Shown here: one piece after another, positions 17,168 to 26,962 of the stretch
How positions within the stretch are numbered: position 1 is the stretch's first letter
Layout: each line of letters starts with the position of its first letter
From: Patescibacteria group bacterium
GTDB taxonomy: Bacteria > Patescibacteriota > Minisyncoccia > UBA6257 > HR35
Length of the DNA: 35,816 nt
Direction of reading: 5' to 3'
NCBI GenBank assembly: GCA_025060575.1
Contig: JANXBL010000003.1
Span: forward strand, 1 to 35,816
Notes under the pieces: model-generated
The model's input: only the letters and a program-made list of their open reading frames with translations
What the model was told of the DNA's origin: nothing
Database searches by the model: none
Translations under genes and position numbers: made by a program

Positions 17168-17667
17168 ATCCTTTAGCTCGTTCAGATCAAAGAGTAAGTG
17201 TTTTTATTGATACCCAAAATATTTATCACTCCTCGAAAAATTTATATGACCGTAAAGTTGACTTTAAAAGGTTGGTTGATATATTAGTTGGCGAGAGGAG
17301 CGTGATTAATGTGCTGGCTTATGTCATCAGAGCTGAATTTACACCAAGAGAGATAGATTTTTTTGAGGCACTAGTTAGTCAAGGTATCAGATTACGAATT
17401 AAGGATTTACAAGTATATCCTGATGGGACTAAAAAGGCTGATTGGGATATTGGTATTGCTGTCGATGTCATTAGGTTCAGTCATTTGGTAGATGTAATCG
17501 TTCTAGTCACAGGAGATGGTGACTTTCTACCTTTAGTAGAATATTTACAAGGCCAGGGAAAACAAGTTGAGGTAGCCGGGTTTTCACAAACAACTTCTTC
17601 TCGCCTAAAGGAGTCAGCTGATTTTTATTATGATTTAAGCGAGTTAATTTCGTTTATTCTAATTTGA
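17164..17667 (+). CDS. NYN-domain (LabA/DUF88, PIN-like) putative ribonuclease
   Basis: FIDTQN, KADWDIGIAVD, LVTGDGDF acidic active-site motifs; ATGA overlap with rpsO. Confidence 0.9.
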   Translation: MNPLARSDQRVSVFIDTQNIYHSSKNLYDRKVDFKRLVDILVGERSVINVLAYVIRAEFTPREIDFFEALVSQGIRLRIKDLQVYPDGTKKADWDIGIAVDVIRFSHLVDVIVLVTGDGDFLPLVEYLQGQGKQVEVAGFSQTTSSRLKESADFYYDLSELISFILI

Positions 17668-17683
17668 TTAGATCCAGAATAAA

Positions 17684-19771
17684 ATGGATAAAAAATATAT
17701 TTATCGGTCAGAAAATTACGAGATTGAATTTACTCTGAATGATTGGGCAGAAAGATCTAAAATATCAGTTCTGACAAAAAGCAAAGATACAGTGATATTT
17801 ACGGTTGTTAATTCTGGTAAGGAAATACCAGATTCAGATTTTTTACCATTGACTATTGATTATGATGAAAAATTTTATGCGGGTGGTAAAATTTTTGGTA
17901 GTCGATTTATAAGAAGAGAAGGCAAACCAACCTTAACCTCCATATTAAATTCTAGATTAATTGACAGGAGTATTAGGCCTGCCTTTTTATCTAATTTTCG
18001 CTGTCAATTACATATAGTTAATACACTGCTTTCTTATGATCCAGAAAGCGATCCAGCGGTTTTGGCACTTCTAGGAACTTCTTTTGCGCTTCATCATTTA
18101 GGATTAGACTGGCTAGGTCCGGTAGCAGGAGTAAGGGTTGGATTTGATGGTGAGAGATGGCAAATAAACCCTAAAAACGATCTTAGATCAGGATTATTAG
18201 CAGAAGGAGTGGTATCAGGAACAATTAATAAAATTAATATGATTGAATTAGAAGGAAAGGAAATTGAAGAGCGAGAAATCATCAACGCTCTTAAAATTTC
18301 TTTTTCTGAAATACAAAAAATAAATTCATTTTTTCAGTCAATCGAGATTGAAAAAAATAAAAATGTCCCAAATGATTATCCATCCAAAGAAAATTATAAT
18401 TTCTACTTAGAAGCAGAAAAAATACTAGATAAGTTTTTAGAAGAAAAAAATATTTCTTTGCAAAAAGTCTTATTCTCTCAAGATGAGGGAGATAAAGGTT
18501 GGCAATCAGTAATATCGTCTTTAACAGAGTATGACTTTGGAGAAATAACGCCATATGTTTTGAATGCTCTTCAAAAAAAATTTAAACGAGTTTTTCAAGA
18601 CACAATTCTGAAAGAAAAAATTAGACCAGACGGTAGAAAGTTGACTGAAATTAGAAAAATTTCTGCAGAGCTGGATATTTTACCTCGTGTTCACGGTTCA
18701 GCCATTTTCAAAAGAGGATTAACTCATATTCTTTCAACGCTAACTTTAGCTAGTCCAGGAGAAGAGCTTATTTTGAGAGAGATCGAATATGAAGGGAGTC
18801 GACATTTTATTCATCATTATAATTTTCCTCCCTATTCAGTAGGTGAATTAGGTAGTTCACGCGCCCCTTCGCGAAGAGAAATAGGTCATGGAGAATTAGC
18901 TGAAAAAGCTTTGAGAAATATTGTCCCTTCTCAGGAAGAGTTTCCTTATACTATAAGATTAGTTTCCGAGGTTCTCTCTTCTAATGGTTCGACATCCATG
19001 GGCTCAGTTTGTGCTAGCTCATTAGCCTTAATGGCAGGAGGAGTGCCTCTTAAAAAGCATGTTGCAGGTATAAGCATTGGTTTAGCATATGAAAATGATC
19101 AAGAATATGAATTGCTAACTGATATTCAAGGACCAGAAGATTTTTTTGGAGCAATGGACTTTAAAGTGGCGGGTACAGAGTCGGGAGTAACAGCTATTCA
19201 ATGCGATGTTAAAATTGAGGGGCTGAATATTGAACAAATTGAGAGTGCTTTAGATAGAGCAAAAGATGCCAGGCTAAAAATTATAGATTACCTCAATACT
19301 ATTATCAGCCAACCAAGGAGCAAGCTAAGTCCCTTTGCTCCAAAGGTTGAAAAAGTTAAAATTGATTCTTTCAAGATAGGACTAGTGATAGGGAGTGGAG
19401 GAAGAACGATTAATGATATTATCACTTCCACCAATACCAAGATAGATATTAATCCTGATGGTTTAGTGTATATAAGCGGAGATAATCTTGAGGATGTTTG
19501 TTTAGCTAAGAATTGGATAAAAATTATTAGTGATTCACTGCAGGTGGGAGAAATTATTAAGGGGAAAATTATCAAGATCCTTCCTTTTGGGGCTATAATT
19601 GAATTAGCTCCTCAAAAAACCGCTTTTCTTCATATTTCTGAAATTGCTGATCGAAGGATTGAAAATATTGAAGATGAGATTAAGGTTGGTGAGGAGATGG
19701 ACTTTTTAATAAAAAACATAGCAGAAGACGGGAAAATTTATCTTTCCTTAAAAAATGTCAGACGAGAATGA
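17684..19771 (+). CDS. pnp: Polyribonucleotide nucleotidyltransferase (PNPase)
   Basis: SRLIDRSIRP, RPDGR, HGSAIF, RREIGHG, SNGSTSM, MDFKVAGT, KH (IGSGG) and S1 (FLHISEI) domains. Confidence 0.96.
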   Translation: MDKKYIYRSENYEIEFTLNDWAERSKISVLTKSKDTVIFTVVNSGKEIPDSDFLPLTIDYDEKFYAGGKIFGSRFIRREGKPTLTSILNSRLIDRSIRPAFLSNFRCQLHIVNTLLSYDPESDPAVLALLGTSFALHHLGLDWLGPVAGVRVGFDGERWQINPKNDLRSGLLAEGVVSGTINKINMIELEGKEIEEREIINALKISFSEIQKINSFFQSIEIEKNKNVPNDYPSKENYNFYLEAEKILDKFLEEKNISLQKVLFSQDEGDKGWQSVISSLTEYDFGEITPYVLNALQKKFKRVFQDTILKEKIRPDGRKLTEIRKISAELDILPRVHGSAIFKRGLTHILSTLTLASPGEELILREIEYEGSRHFIHHYNFPPYSVGELGSSRAPSRREIGHGELAEKALRNIVPSQEEFPYTIRLVSEVLSSNGSTSMGSVCASSLALMAGGVPLKKHVAGISIGLAYENDQEYELLTDIQGPEDFFGAMDFKVAGTESGVTAIQCDVKIEGLNIEQIESALDRAKDARLKIIDYLNTIISQPRSKLSPFAPKVEKVKIDSFKIGLVIGSGGRTINDIITSTNTKIDINPDGLVYISGDNLEDVCLAKNWIKIISDSLQVGEIIKGKIIKILPFGAIIELAPQKTAFLHISEIADRRIENIEDEIKVGEEMDFLIKNIAEDGKIYLSLKNVRRE

Positions 19772-21578
19772 AAAGAAAATAAATTATAAAATTCTAACTG
19801 CTGATCATCTTCTTGAGGGGACAGAGGCTGAAAGTAAAGAAGCAATATTTAAAGATAGGGTAAATGTTGAACCAGAAGTGGTCAAAAAAGTTGATTCTTC
19901 TGCGGAAATAACACGCGAAGAGCCTAATCTTGATCAAGAAAAAATTGAGTTCGAAACTAAATTAGAAAGTGGAGTGGTCCATCCTACTTCAGAAGAGATT
20001 TTACCTGCCGTTGATTTTCAGCCGACATCATTAACATCAACATCACCAATAACCATCGAAGAACAGCCAGCCATTACGAAAGAAACTCTACAACCTGAAT
20101 ATTTCTCACCTTCTTCTACTTTGCCATCAGAAGAAACACCAGCTAAACCAAAATTTGAAATTATAAAACAGGAAGAGCTAATCTCAGAAGATGCTCCTCA
20201 ACTTAAGAAGACAACTCCAGAACTAAAAAGAAGAAAAATTGATTTTAAATTATTGTTACGCTTTATTCTTCCCATTGCTGGTGGTTTAGTGTTGGTTGGC
20301 TTTATTATGGTTTTTAAGCCTTATCAAAAATTTATTTTCTCGCCTAAGTCAAACAATAATCAAACAAGCTCAGTTGAAGACTTAGCTATAAGATTGCCAG
20401 AAATAAAAACTACTTCTGAGCCTTTGATTATTATAACTTCTGCTAAAGAAATGGTGACTTCTTCAATCTCTACTTCAACAATCTCCACAATGACTACTCC
20501 CACTCTGCCATTGGAAACAACTTCCATTGTTATTTTACCTCCTTTAATCAAGGCGACAGATTCTATTCCTACGCCAACAAAAGTAACATCTACCGAGACA
20601 TTATCAACAAATGAAAATCAAACTTCAACTAGCACCAAGACAACATCTGCTATACCTTCTGTTAAAACACCTCAAAAATCTACCTTTATCGTTGCTACTT
20701 CTCTTTTACCAACTTTTCAACCTTCATCAGCTCAAACCACAACAAAAACAACTACCTTATCTTCGGCAACAAACGCTACTTTGACAATAACCACCAAAAC
20801 TGATGGTTCAGCTAAAACAGAATCAAAAACCTCTCGTAAGGTAAGCATCAAGACAAAAACTTCCTCCATTCCTGAGATTAAGTTAAGCACTACTTCAGTT
20901 CCTGATACAACTGTCACTAAGCAAGAATTAATTCCAACAACATCTGATCAATTGGAGAAGTTGATAACATCAAATCAACAGAATACTTTTTCACTTTCAA
21001 ACCTACCAGCTGAAATCATTACTTTTCCCGATATTGAAGAGAGAAAACTGGAATTAAAGGAGGTCAATTTTTCAGAATTAGAAAAAAACCTTGTATCCTT
21101 TATAGCAAGGCAAGATTTCTATTCTTTAATGATAAACCTTAAAATTTTAGTTAATGAACAAATCGTTCCATGGGATTTGGTATTTTCCTACTTTATTAGA
21201 CCAACGAAAATTAAAGAAACAGATTTCAATCTTTTTAAACAATCGCTAACTAATAAAATGGCTTTGCTAATTTATTATGGTCATACTAGAGAATATCCTA
21301 TTTTGATTTTTGAGACCAAAGACTCCAAGGTGGCAAGACTTTTTAATAATCAATGGATGAAAGGAGCAATGTCAAGTGATTTACAGACATTATTTTTAGG
21401 AGCTACCAGTGGTAAAGTAACTTCTCGTTTCACCACTAAGAAATTTAACAATGTGAGCTATAATATAATTTATTTCCAAAATAACTTTCAACTATGCTGG
21501 CTTGTTTTCCATAACTATGTAGTATACTCATCAAGCGAGGAAGGCTTAAAAAAAGTTATGTATTATTTATCAAAATGA
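19755..21578 (+). CDS. Single-pass membrane protein with acidic disordered N-terminus, long Thr/Ser/Pro mucin-like stalk and globular C-terminal domain
   Basis: TM LLLRFILPIAGGLVLVGFIMVF preceded by KRRK; about 200 aa of T/S-rich low complexity. Confidence 0.75.
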   Translation: MSDENEKKINYKILTADHLLEGTEAESKEAIFKDRVNVEPEVVKKVDSSAEITREEPNLDQEKIEFETKLESGVVHPTSEEILPAVDFQPTSLTSTSPITIEEQPAITKETLQPEYFSPSSTLPSEETPAKPKFEIIKQEELISEDAPQLKKTTPELKRRKIDFKLLLRFILPIAGGLVLVGFIMVFKPYQKFIFSPKSNNNQTSSVEDLAIRLPEIKTTSEPLIIITSAKEMVTSSISTSTISTMTTPTLPLETTSIVILPPLIKATDSIPTPTKVTSTETLSTNENQTSTSTKTTSAIPSVKTPQKSTFIVATSLLPTFQPSSAQTTTKTTTLSSATNATLTITTKTDGSAKTESKTSRKVSIKTKTSSIPEIKLSTTSVPDTTVTKQELIPTTSDQLEKLITSNQQNTFSLSNLPAEIITFPDIEERKLELKEVNFSELEKNLVSFIARQDFYSLMINLKILVNEQIVPWDLVFSYFIRPTKIKETDFNLFKQSLTNKMALLIYYGHTREYPILIFETKDSKVARLFNNQWMKGAMSSDLQTLFLGATSGKVTSRFTTKKFNNVSYNIIYFQNNFQLCWLVFHNYVVYSSSEEGLKKVMYYLSK

Positions 21579-21913
21579 CTATTAACTTTGAGGAGCTAAG
21601 GGAAAAATTGATCAAGGAAAAAGAAGAGATAGTTTTAATCTTAGAAGTGCTAGGGAAAGCAGTAAGGGATTCAGTAAGTGAAGTTGTTTCATCAAGTGAT
21701 GAAATCGCCGATAAGTACGAACTAAAACAAGAAATTCATGTTCAAAAAGAGGTTTTGGAGGAAAAATTAGAGAAAATAGAACAAGCCTTAAAGAGGATAG
21801 AAAGTGGTACTTATGGTAGATGTACCCGATGTGGTCAAGCGATTGAGGATGCTAGGTTAATGATTGATCCTGCTGCTGATCTTTGTAGAAGTTGTGCCCT
21901 AAAGACTATCTAG
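21575..21913 (+). CDS. TraR/DksA C4-type zinc-finger protein
   Basis: Coiled coil then ALKRIESGTYGRCTRCG..I...RL...P....CRSC. Confidence 0.9.
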   Translation: MTINFEELREKLIKEKEEIVLILEVLGKAVRDSVSEVVSSSDEIADKYELKQEIHVQKEVLEEKLEKIEQALKRIESGTYGRCTRCGQAIEDARLMIDPAADLCRSCALKTI

Positions 21914-22916
21914 GGAAAACTTCTATCTTGTCAACTTCTACAGCTGAGGATAGATTAAAGTAACCAGCAAGGGCGATATTTATGCCGTTATCAGTGGCCA
22001 GAGACTTTTGGGGAAAATAGATGGGGATCTCAGGCATTGCTTTTTTGAACATTCTCTTAAAAGTTTGATTAGCACTGACTCCTCCACTAACAATGAGCGT
22101 CTTAACTTTAAAATCGCGACTCGCTTTTTTCATTTTATAGATAATTATTTCAAAGATGGTTTTTTGTAAAGAAGCACAAAGATCGTTAACTGTTCCTTCA
22201 TCTAGCTTGCCATATTTTTTTATTTGAGATACAAGATCGATGAAGGCTGTTTTCAGACCAGCAAAGCTAAATTGATATCCTTTTTGAAGTAGTGGTTTAG
22301 GTAGGGAAAAAAATTTTTTAGCCATTTTGGCTCTTCTTTCTATTTCTGGACCACCTGGATAACCCAACCCTAGAGCGCGAGCACATTTATCTAGGCATTC
22401 GCCAGCTGCGTCATCGACTGTTTCTCCTATTTTTCTTCTTTCGTTCCATGATTTAAAGACATAGAGAGTAGTATGACCTCCAGAAACTACCAAGACAAGA
22501 GCAGGAAAATTGATAGTAATAAATTTTTGCCATTGCTGAGTTTTTTTTCTGATTAGAACAGAGTACCAATGAGCTGAAAGATGATTTACAGGAATGACTT
22601 TTTTGTTGAGGTTTTTAGCTAATTCTTGAATAAATTTTTTTCCAGCTAGCAATGATGGCAAAAGGCCTGGCCCCACACTAAAGGCTAGGTAGTCAACTTT
22701 CTCTAGTTCAAAGCTGTTCTTAATTCTTTTAAATAAAAAAGGTAAATTTTTTTCATGCTCTCTTGCTGCTAGTATCGGTACTACTCCTCCATAAGGTTGG
22801 TGAATTTTTACTTGGGATGACAATTGATTATCAATTATCTTAACTCTGTTTTCTTTAACTTCAATTAGCCCTAGACCAGTTTCATCGCAAGTTGTTTCAA
22901 TTCCTAGTATGTACAT
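21906..22916 (-). CDS. tsaD: tRNA t6A37 threonylcarbamoyltransferase TsaD
   Basis: ILGIETTCDETG, YGGVVP, GPGL, NHLSAH, VSGGHT, GETVDDAAGE, FSFAGLKT, GGVSAN, TDNG. Confidence 0.96.
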   Translation of the reverse strand: MYILGIETTCDETGLGLIEVKENRVKIIDNQLSSQVKIHQPYGGVVPILAAREHEKNLPFLFKRIKNSFELEKVDYLAFSVGPGLLPSLLAGKKFIQELAKNLNKKVIPVNHLSAHWYSVLIRKKTQQWQKFITINFPALVLVVSGGHTTLYVFKSWNERRKIGETVDDAAGECLDKCARALGLGYPGGPEIERRAKMAKKFFSLPKPLLQKGYQFSFAGLKTAFIDLVSQIKKYGKLDEGTVNDLCASLQKTIFEIIIYKMKKASRDFKVKTLIVSGGVSANQTFKRMFKKAMPEIPIYFPQKSLATDNGINIALAGYFNLSSAVEVDKIEVFPR

Positions 22917-22990
22917 TTTCTGTCAAAAATTTAAGATTAATACTATGATATAATTATAATTATAAGCTGATAGAGGATAAAATTTTAAAA

Positions 22991-23467
22991 TTGAAACCAG
23001 ATAAAGTGAGATTGATAGGCAATGATGATAGACAAAGAGGCGTTTTTAGTTTGGAAGAAGCAAAAGAGATTGCTGAAAAAGAGGGATATGACTTGATTTT
23101 AGTTAATGCCAAACAGCAACCGGTAGTAGTAAAGCTAGTAGATTACGGAGCCTACATTTATCAAAAGGAAAAAAAACTTAAGAATATTAAGAAGCAGAAA
23201 GAAACTAAAGAGGTGAGAATTAGTTTTACTGAGGCACCTTATGATTTGAAGAGAAAAGCTGAATTGAGTAGAAAATTTCTTGAAGATGGGCACCAAGTTC
23301 AGATTAAATTGCTTCTCAAAGGTAGAGAAAGAAATTTTCAAGACTTGGCTGATGAGAAATTAAATAATTTTTTAAAAATGATAAGCGAAATAGTCAAATT
23401 TACCGTCAACCAACCGATTAAGAAAACAAATAATTTTTTAATGATTATTATCAGTCCAAGTAAATGA
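22991..23467 (+). CDS. infC: Translation initiation factor IF-3 (non-AUG start; true start may be ATT 22982 or further upstream)
   Basis: VRLIG, EA..IA...GYDLILV, PVVVKLVDYG, KEVRI, KFLEDGHQV, KGRE; directly upstream of rpmI. Confidence 0.92.
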   Translation: MKPDKVRLIGNDDRQRGVFSLEEAKEIAEKEGYDLILVNAKQQPVVVKLVDYGAYIYQKEKKLKNIKKQKETKEVRISFTEAPYDLKRKAELSRKFLEDGHQVQIKLLLKGRERNFQDLADEKLNNFLKMISEIVKFTVNQPIKKTNNFLMIIISPSK

Positions 23468-23661
23468 AAAGCAAATTAACCACAATGGCTAAAATTAGAA
23501 AATCATTTTTAAAAAGGTTTAGAATTACAGCTAGGGGTAAGATTTTAAGAAGAACAAGAGGCCAAAGCCACTCTTTTGTTAAAAAAGAGACCGAACATCT
23601 TCTAAGGAGGAAAAGGCTAAAATTAGCCAATAAGTTAGTTTTAGAATACAAGAACTATTGA
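23464..23661 (+). CDS. rpmI: 50S ribosomal protein L35 (alternative start ATG 23485)
   Basis: KSFLKRFRITARGKILRR...SH...KK; position after infC. Confidence 0.9.
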   Translation: MKSKLTTMAKIRKSFLKRFRITARGKILRRTRGQSHSFVKKETEHLLRRKRLKLANKLVLEYKNY

Positions 23662-23673
23662 GCATTTTTTAAA

Positions 23674-24237
23674 ATGGAGATTATATTTCCTCAAATAAAA
23701 GTTGTTATCTCCGGTGCAGCTGTCAGCTCTCCTTGTCGAGAAGATATTTATGAGTTGTCATATGAAGTTGGCAAAGAGTTAGCTAAAAAAAATTGCGTAG
23801 TATTGACAGGAGCAACAACCGGTGTTCCATTATGGGTAGCTAAGGGTGCCTTTGAAAATGGTGCTCTTGTTGTTGGTATTTCTCCTGCTCGAAGCTATCG
23901 CGAGCATACCAAGTTATATAAACTACCTGTTGATTACCATAATTTAATTTTGTATAGCGGTGAAGGATATAGTGGTAGAAATCTTTTGCTAGTTAAGATG
24001 GGAGACGGAGCGATTTTTCTTTGTGGTCGTACTGGTACTTTAAATGAGTTTTCTGCTGCCTTTGAAGAAGAAAAGCCAATTGCCGTTTTGACAGGATCAG
24101 GTGGGGTAGAAAAATATTTTTCTGAATTAATCATGGTTTCTCAAAAAGGTGAAGGCAAGATAATTTGGGAAAGTGATCCTAAAATTTTAGTAGAAAAATT
24201 TGTCTCTCTTTTGAGAGAAGAAATTAACAATGCTTGA
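23674..24237 (+). CDS. LOG/SLOG-superfamily Rossmann-fold nucleotide-binding protein
   Basis: VGKELA...VLTGATTGVP, VGISP, GRN, GRTGTLNEF, VLTGSGG. Confidence 0.85.
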   Translation: MEIIFPQIKVVISGAAVSSPCREDIYELSYEVGKELAKKNCVVLTGATTGVPLWVAKGAFENGALVVGISPARSYREHTKLYKLPVDYHNLILYSGEGYSGRNLLLVKMGDGAIFLCGRTGTLNEFSAAFEEEKPIAVLTGSGGVEKYFSELIMVSQKGEGKIIWESDPKILVEKFVSLLREEINNA

Positions 24238-24652
24238 GTCAATAATTGTTAGGTTGATTCTTTCTCTCTTGTTAGGCGCCTTAATCGGGGCTGAAAGAAG
24301 CTTTATTGGCAAACAAGCAGGACTAAGAACTTTTGCTTTAGTTTCTATGGGAGCCTGTCTCTTTACCTATTTGGGTTTGAGCTTAGAACCCTCTAATCCT
24401 TCGCGGGTATTATCTAATTTAGTGGTGGGTGTAAGTTTTCTTGGAGCAGGCATCATTTTCGTTCATCAAGAAAGAGTTGTCGGTTTAACTACTGCTGCTT
24501 CATTATGGACAACAACCGCAATTGGTGCTGCGGTTGGTATGGGCTATGTTAAAGAAGCAATATTTGTTACAATTTTAACTTTAGCAATTTTATGGTTGCT
24601 AGTGTATGTTGAGAAGCTTATTCGAAGATCAGACGATGAGCAACGAGGTTAA
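24230..24652 (+). CDS. MgtC/SapB-family membrane protein
   Basis: LGALIGAER, AGLRTFALV, GVSFLGAGII, GLTTAASLW. Confidence 0.92.
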   Translation: MLESIIVRLILSLLLGALIGAERSFIGKQAGLRTFALVSMGACLFTYLGLSLEPSNPSRVLSNLVVGVSFLGAGIIFVHQERVVGLTTAASLWTTTAIGAAVGMGYVKEAIFVTILTLAILWLLVYVEKLIRRSDDEQRG

Positions 24653-25748
24653 ATCATTTTTTATTATTGTTAGTACTATCATTGGTTTAGGTGTTTTCAC
24701 TTTACCTGACACATTTGCTAAAAGTGGTTATTTTTTTTTGATTTGGTTAGTTTTTTGGTTCTTTGCCTTTTTGATTTTACATCTTATGTGGGGAGAAATC
24801 TTGCTTCAGACTGAAGAAAAGCACAATCTTCCGGGGTTAACATCTATCTACCTTGATCCTCGTCTTAAGCACATAGTTTGGTTATTTGATTTTTTGGGTT
24901 TGATGGGAGTTTTTTTGGTATACTTCATTTTTTTGGTAAAGTTTTGGCAATTAATACTTCCAGATCTTAGTCCTTTTTGGCTTAAATTAGCTTTTGCTCT
25001 TTTCAATATATACTTTATCATTAAAGATATTTCAATATTTTCTAAATTCGAAGTAATTCTAGGGCTAGCAATTGGAATTATTTTCCTTACTATCTCGATT
25101 TTTCTTTTGCCTCATTTTAAGTTTGATAATATTATGTCAATTTTGGATCAAGGAAGAGAACCATTTTTACCCTATGGCATTATTCTTTTTGCTCTCTCTG
25201 GTACCTCTGCCTTACCAATCGTTTATGATTTAATTGGTAAAAACAGAACTTCATATCTGAAGGTTAATTTTTATTCTTTGTTATTTGTAACGGCTATTTA
25301 TTTTCTCTATGTTTTTTCTGTCAGCGGAGTGTTAGGAATTTCAGCAAGCGAAGAATCTTTACAAAGTTTAAGTTCTCACCTTCCTAAGTTATTTTTAATA
25401 ATTACAATTATTCTAGTTACTCTTAATATTACCTTTATTGATATGGCCTTTTACTTAAAGAGGGGTTTAATTTTCGATTATCAACTATCTCCTAAGTTAG
25501 CTAATTTTATTATTGCCCTCTCAACACTTTCATTGATTTTTTGGCAAATTGATAATTTAATTTATCTTATCGATTTTATCAGTTCCTTCTTTTTAGCTTT
25601 TAATCTTCTTATAGCCTGTCTTATCTATTTAAAATTAAAGAAAAGATTATTTTTTAATTTTCCTAAGGTAGCGGTCACATTTTTAATATTAGTTTTTCTG
25701 AGTGGAATAATATGGCATATTTTCGTTCGAATAAAGGATTTAGTCTGA
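24636..25748 (+). CDS. Amino-acid permease (aromatic amino acid/HAAAP-like), start ATG 24636 preferred
   Basis: STIIGLGVFTLP, PFLPYGIILFALSG; about 11 TM segments. Confidence 0.78.
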   Translation: MSNEVKSFFIIVSTIIGLGVFTLPDTFAKSGYFFLIWLVFWFFAFLILHLMWGEILLQTEEKHNLPGLTSIYLDPRLKHIVWLFDFLGLMGVFLVYFIFLVKFWQLILPDLSPFWLKLAFALFNIYFIIKDISIFSKFEVILGLAIGIIFLTISIFLLPHFKFDNIMSILDQGREPFLPYGIILFALSGTSALPIVYDLIGKNRTSYLKVNFYSLLFVTAIYFLYVFSVSGVLGISASEESLQSLSSHLPKLFLIITIILVTLNITFIDMAFYLKRGLIFDYQLSPKLANFIIALSTLSLIFWQIDNLIYLIDFISSFFLAFNLLIACLIYLKLKKRLFFNFPKVAVTFLILVFLSGIIWHIFVRIKDLV

Positions 25749-26953
25749 TCGAAATTTTAGTAGTATTAGGGTTGTTGACTATAATTTTTAGCACTTTTTT
25801 TTATTTTTGGAATTCAAGTCAGGCATTTAAAAAAGTTCGCGATTCTAGAAGAATGAATGATTTACAAGCCATTGATATGGCAATTAAGAATTTGATAATT
25901 AATTATTCTGATATCTACTTAGGAGAAGAAAACATTATTTACATATCTTTACCCGATGCTACTTCTACCTGCAATAGTTATAACTTAACTCAAGTTTATT
26001 CTCCATTTTCTTATCGTTGCCGAGCTTCAACTACTTATCTTAATGTTGACGGTAGTGGTTGGTTGCCAATTAACTTTGTTTCGGGGAGTGTGATGATGTT
26101 GTCTTCATTACCTCGCGATCCTTTAAATAATTCTAGTTACTTTTATAGTTATCAAACAAGGGCAGGAAGATATAAACTATCTGCTCGTTTAGAAGATCCC
26201 ATTTTTTTAGAGGAAATGATAAGGGATGGTGGTCTTGAACCTACCCTCTATGAAGTGGGAAATGATTTAAGAATTCCTTCTCCACAAAGCGGGCTAGTGC
26301 TCTATCTTCCATTAAATGAAGGAACAGGAACAATTGCCTATGATTTATCTGGTTATAATAATAATGGCATCCTTTATAGTAGCTCAACGATTTGCTCTGA
26401 TCCACCTACCTCTGGCTGTCCTCAGTGGATAGATGGTAAGGTCGGTAAAGCTTTAAAGTTTGATGGACTAGATGATTATTTATATAAAGATGTTATCAAT
26501 GGATCTCCTAAATCATATCTTACTATTTGTTCTTGGATAAGAACTTCTATGTCTAGCGCTGCTTACATGCTTCAATTAAATAGAAGTCCTAGTAATTATT
26601 TTAACGAGTTAATGTTTGCAATTGATAGCGGTAGATTACAATTTATTGATTATTCAACAAGTACCTATGGATTTTCACTTGCTCAAAAATCAATCAAAAC
26701 TATTAACAATAATAACTGGAGATTCGTTTGCTTCGTAAAATCAAATACTGTTGGTTTATACTACATAGACGGTGATTTTGATAGTCAGGTTAGCGCTTCG
26801 ATCAATGTTCAGTATGGTGCTAATGATTTTGCTATCGGAAAAGATTATAGAGATAACAATAAATTATTCAATGGTTTTCTAGATGAAATCCGCATCTATA
26901 ACCGTTCTCTTTCTCAGAGTGAAATTAAAACCATTTACGAAGCAACAAAGTAA
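25712..26953 (+). CDS. Type IV prepilin-like protein fused to a C-terminal LamG/concanavalin-A-like domain
   Basis: KG|FSLIEILVV methylation motif, RDSRRMNDL, LPRDP; GLVLYLPLNEGTG...GKALKFDG...FNGFLDEIRIYNRSLS. Confidence 0.9.
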   Translation: MAYFRSNKGFSLIEILVVLGLLTIIFSTFFYFWNSSQAFKKVRDSRRMNDLQAIDMAIKNLIINYSDIYLGEENIIYISLPDATSTCNSYNLTQVYSPFSYRCRASTTYLNVDGSGWLPINFVSGSVMMLSSLPRDPLNNSSYFYSYQTRAGRYKLSARLEDPIFLEEMIRDGGLEPTLYEVGNDLRIPSPQSGLVLYLPLNEGTGTIAYDLSGYNNNGILYSSSTICSDPPTSGCPQWIDGKVGKALKFDGLDDYLYKDVINGSPKSYLTICSWIRTSMSSAAYMLQLNRSPSNYFNELMFAIDSGRLQFIDYSTSTYGFSLAQKSIKTINNNNWRFVCFVKSNTVGLYYIDGDFDSQVSASINVQYGANDFAIGKDYRDNNKLFNGFLDEIRIYNRSLSQSEIKTIYEATK

Positions 26954-26962
26954 TTTTTAATT

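Noticed and set aside
25712-26953. Diversity-generating retroelement target
   Set aside because: No reverse transcriptase and no template/variable repeat pair in the window.
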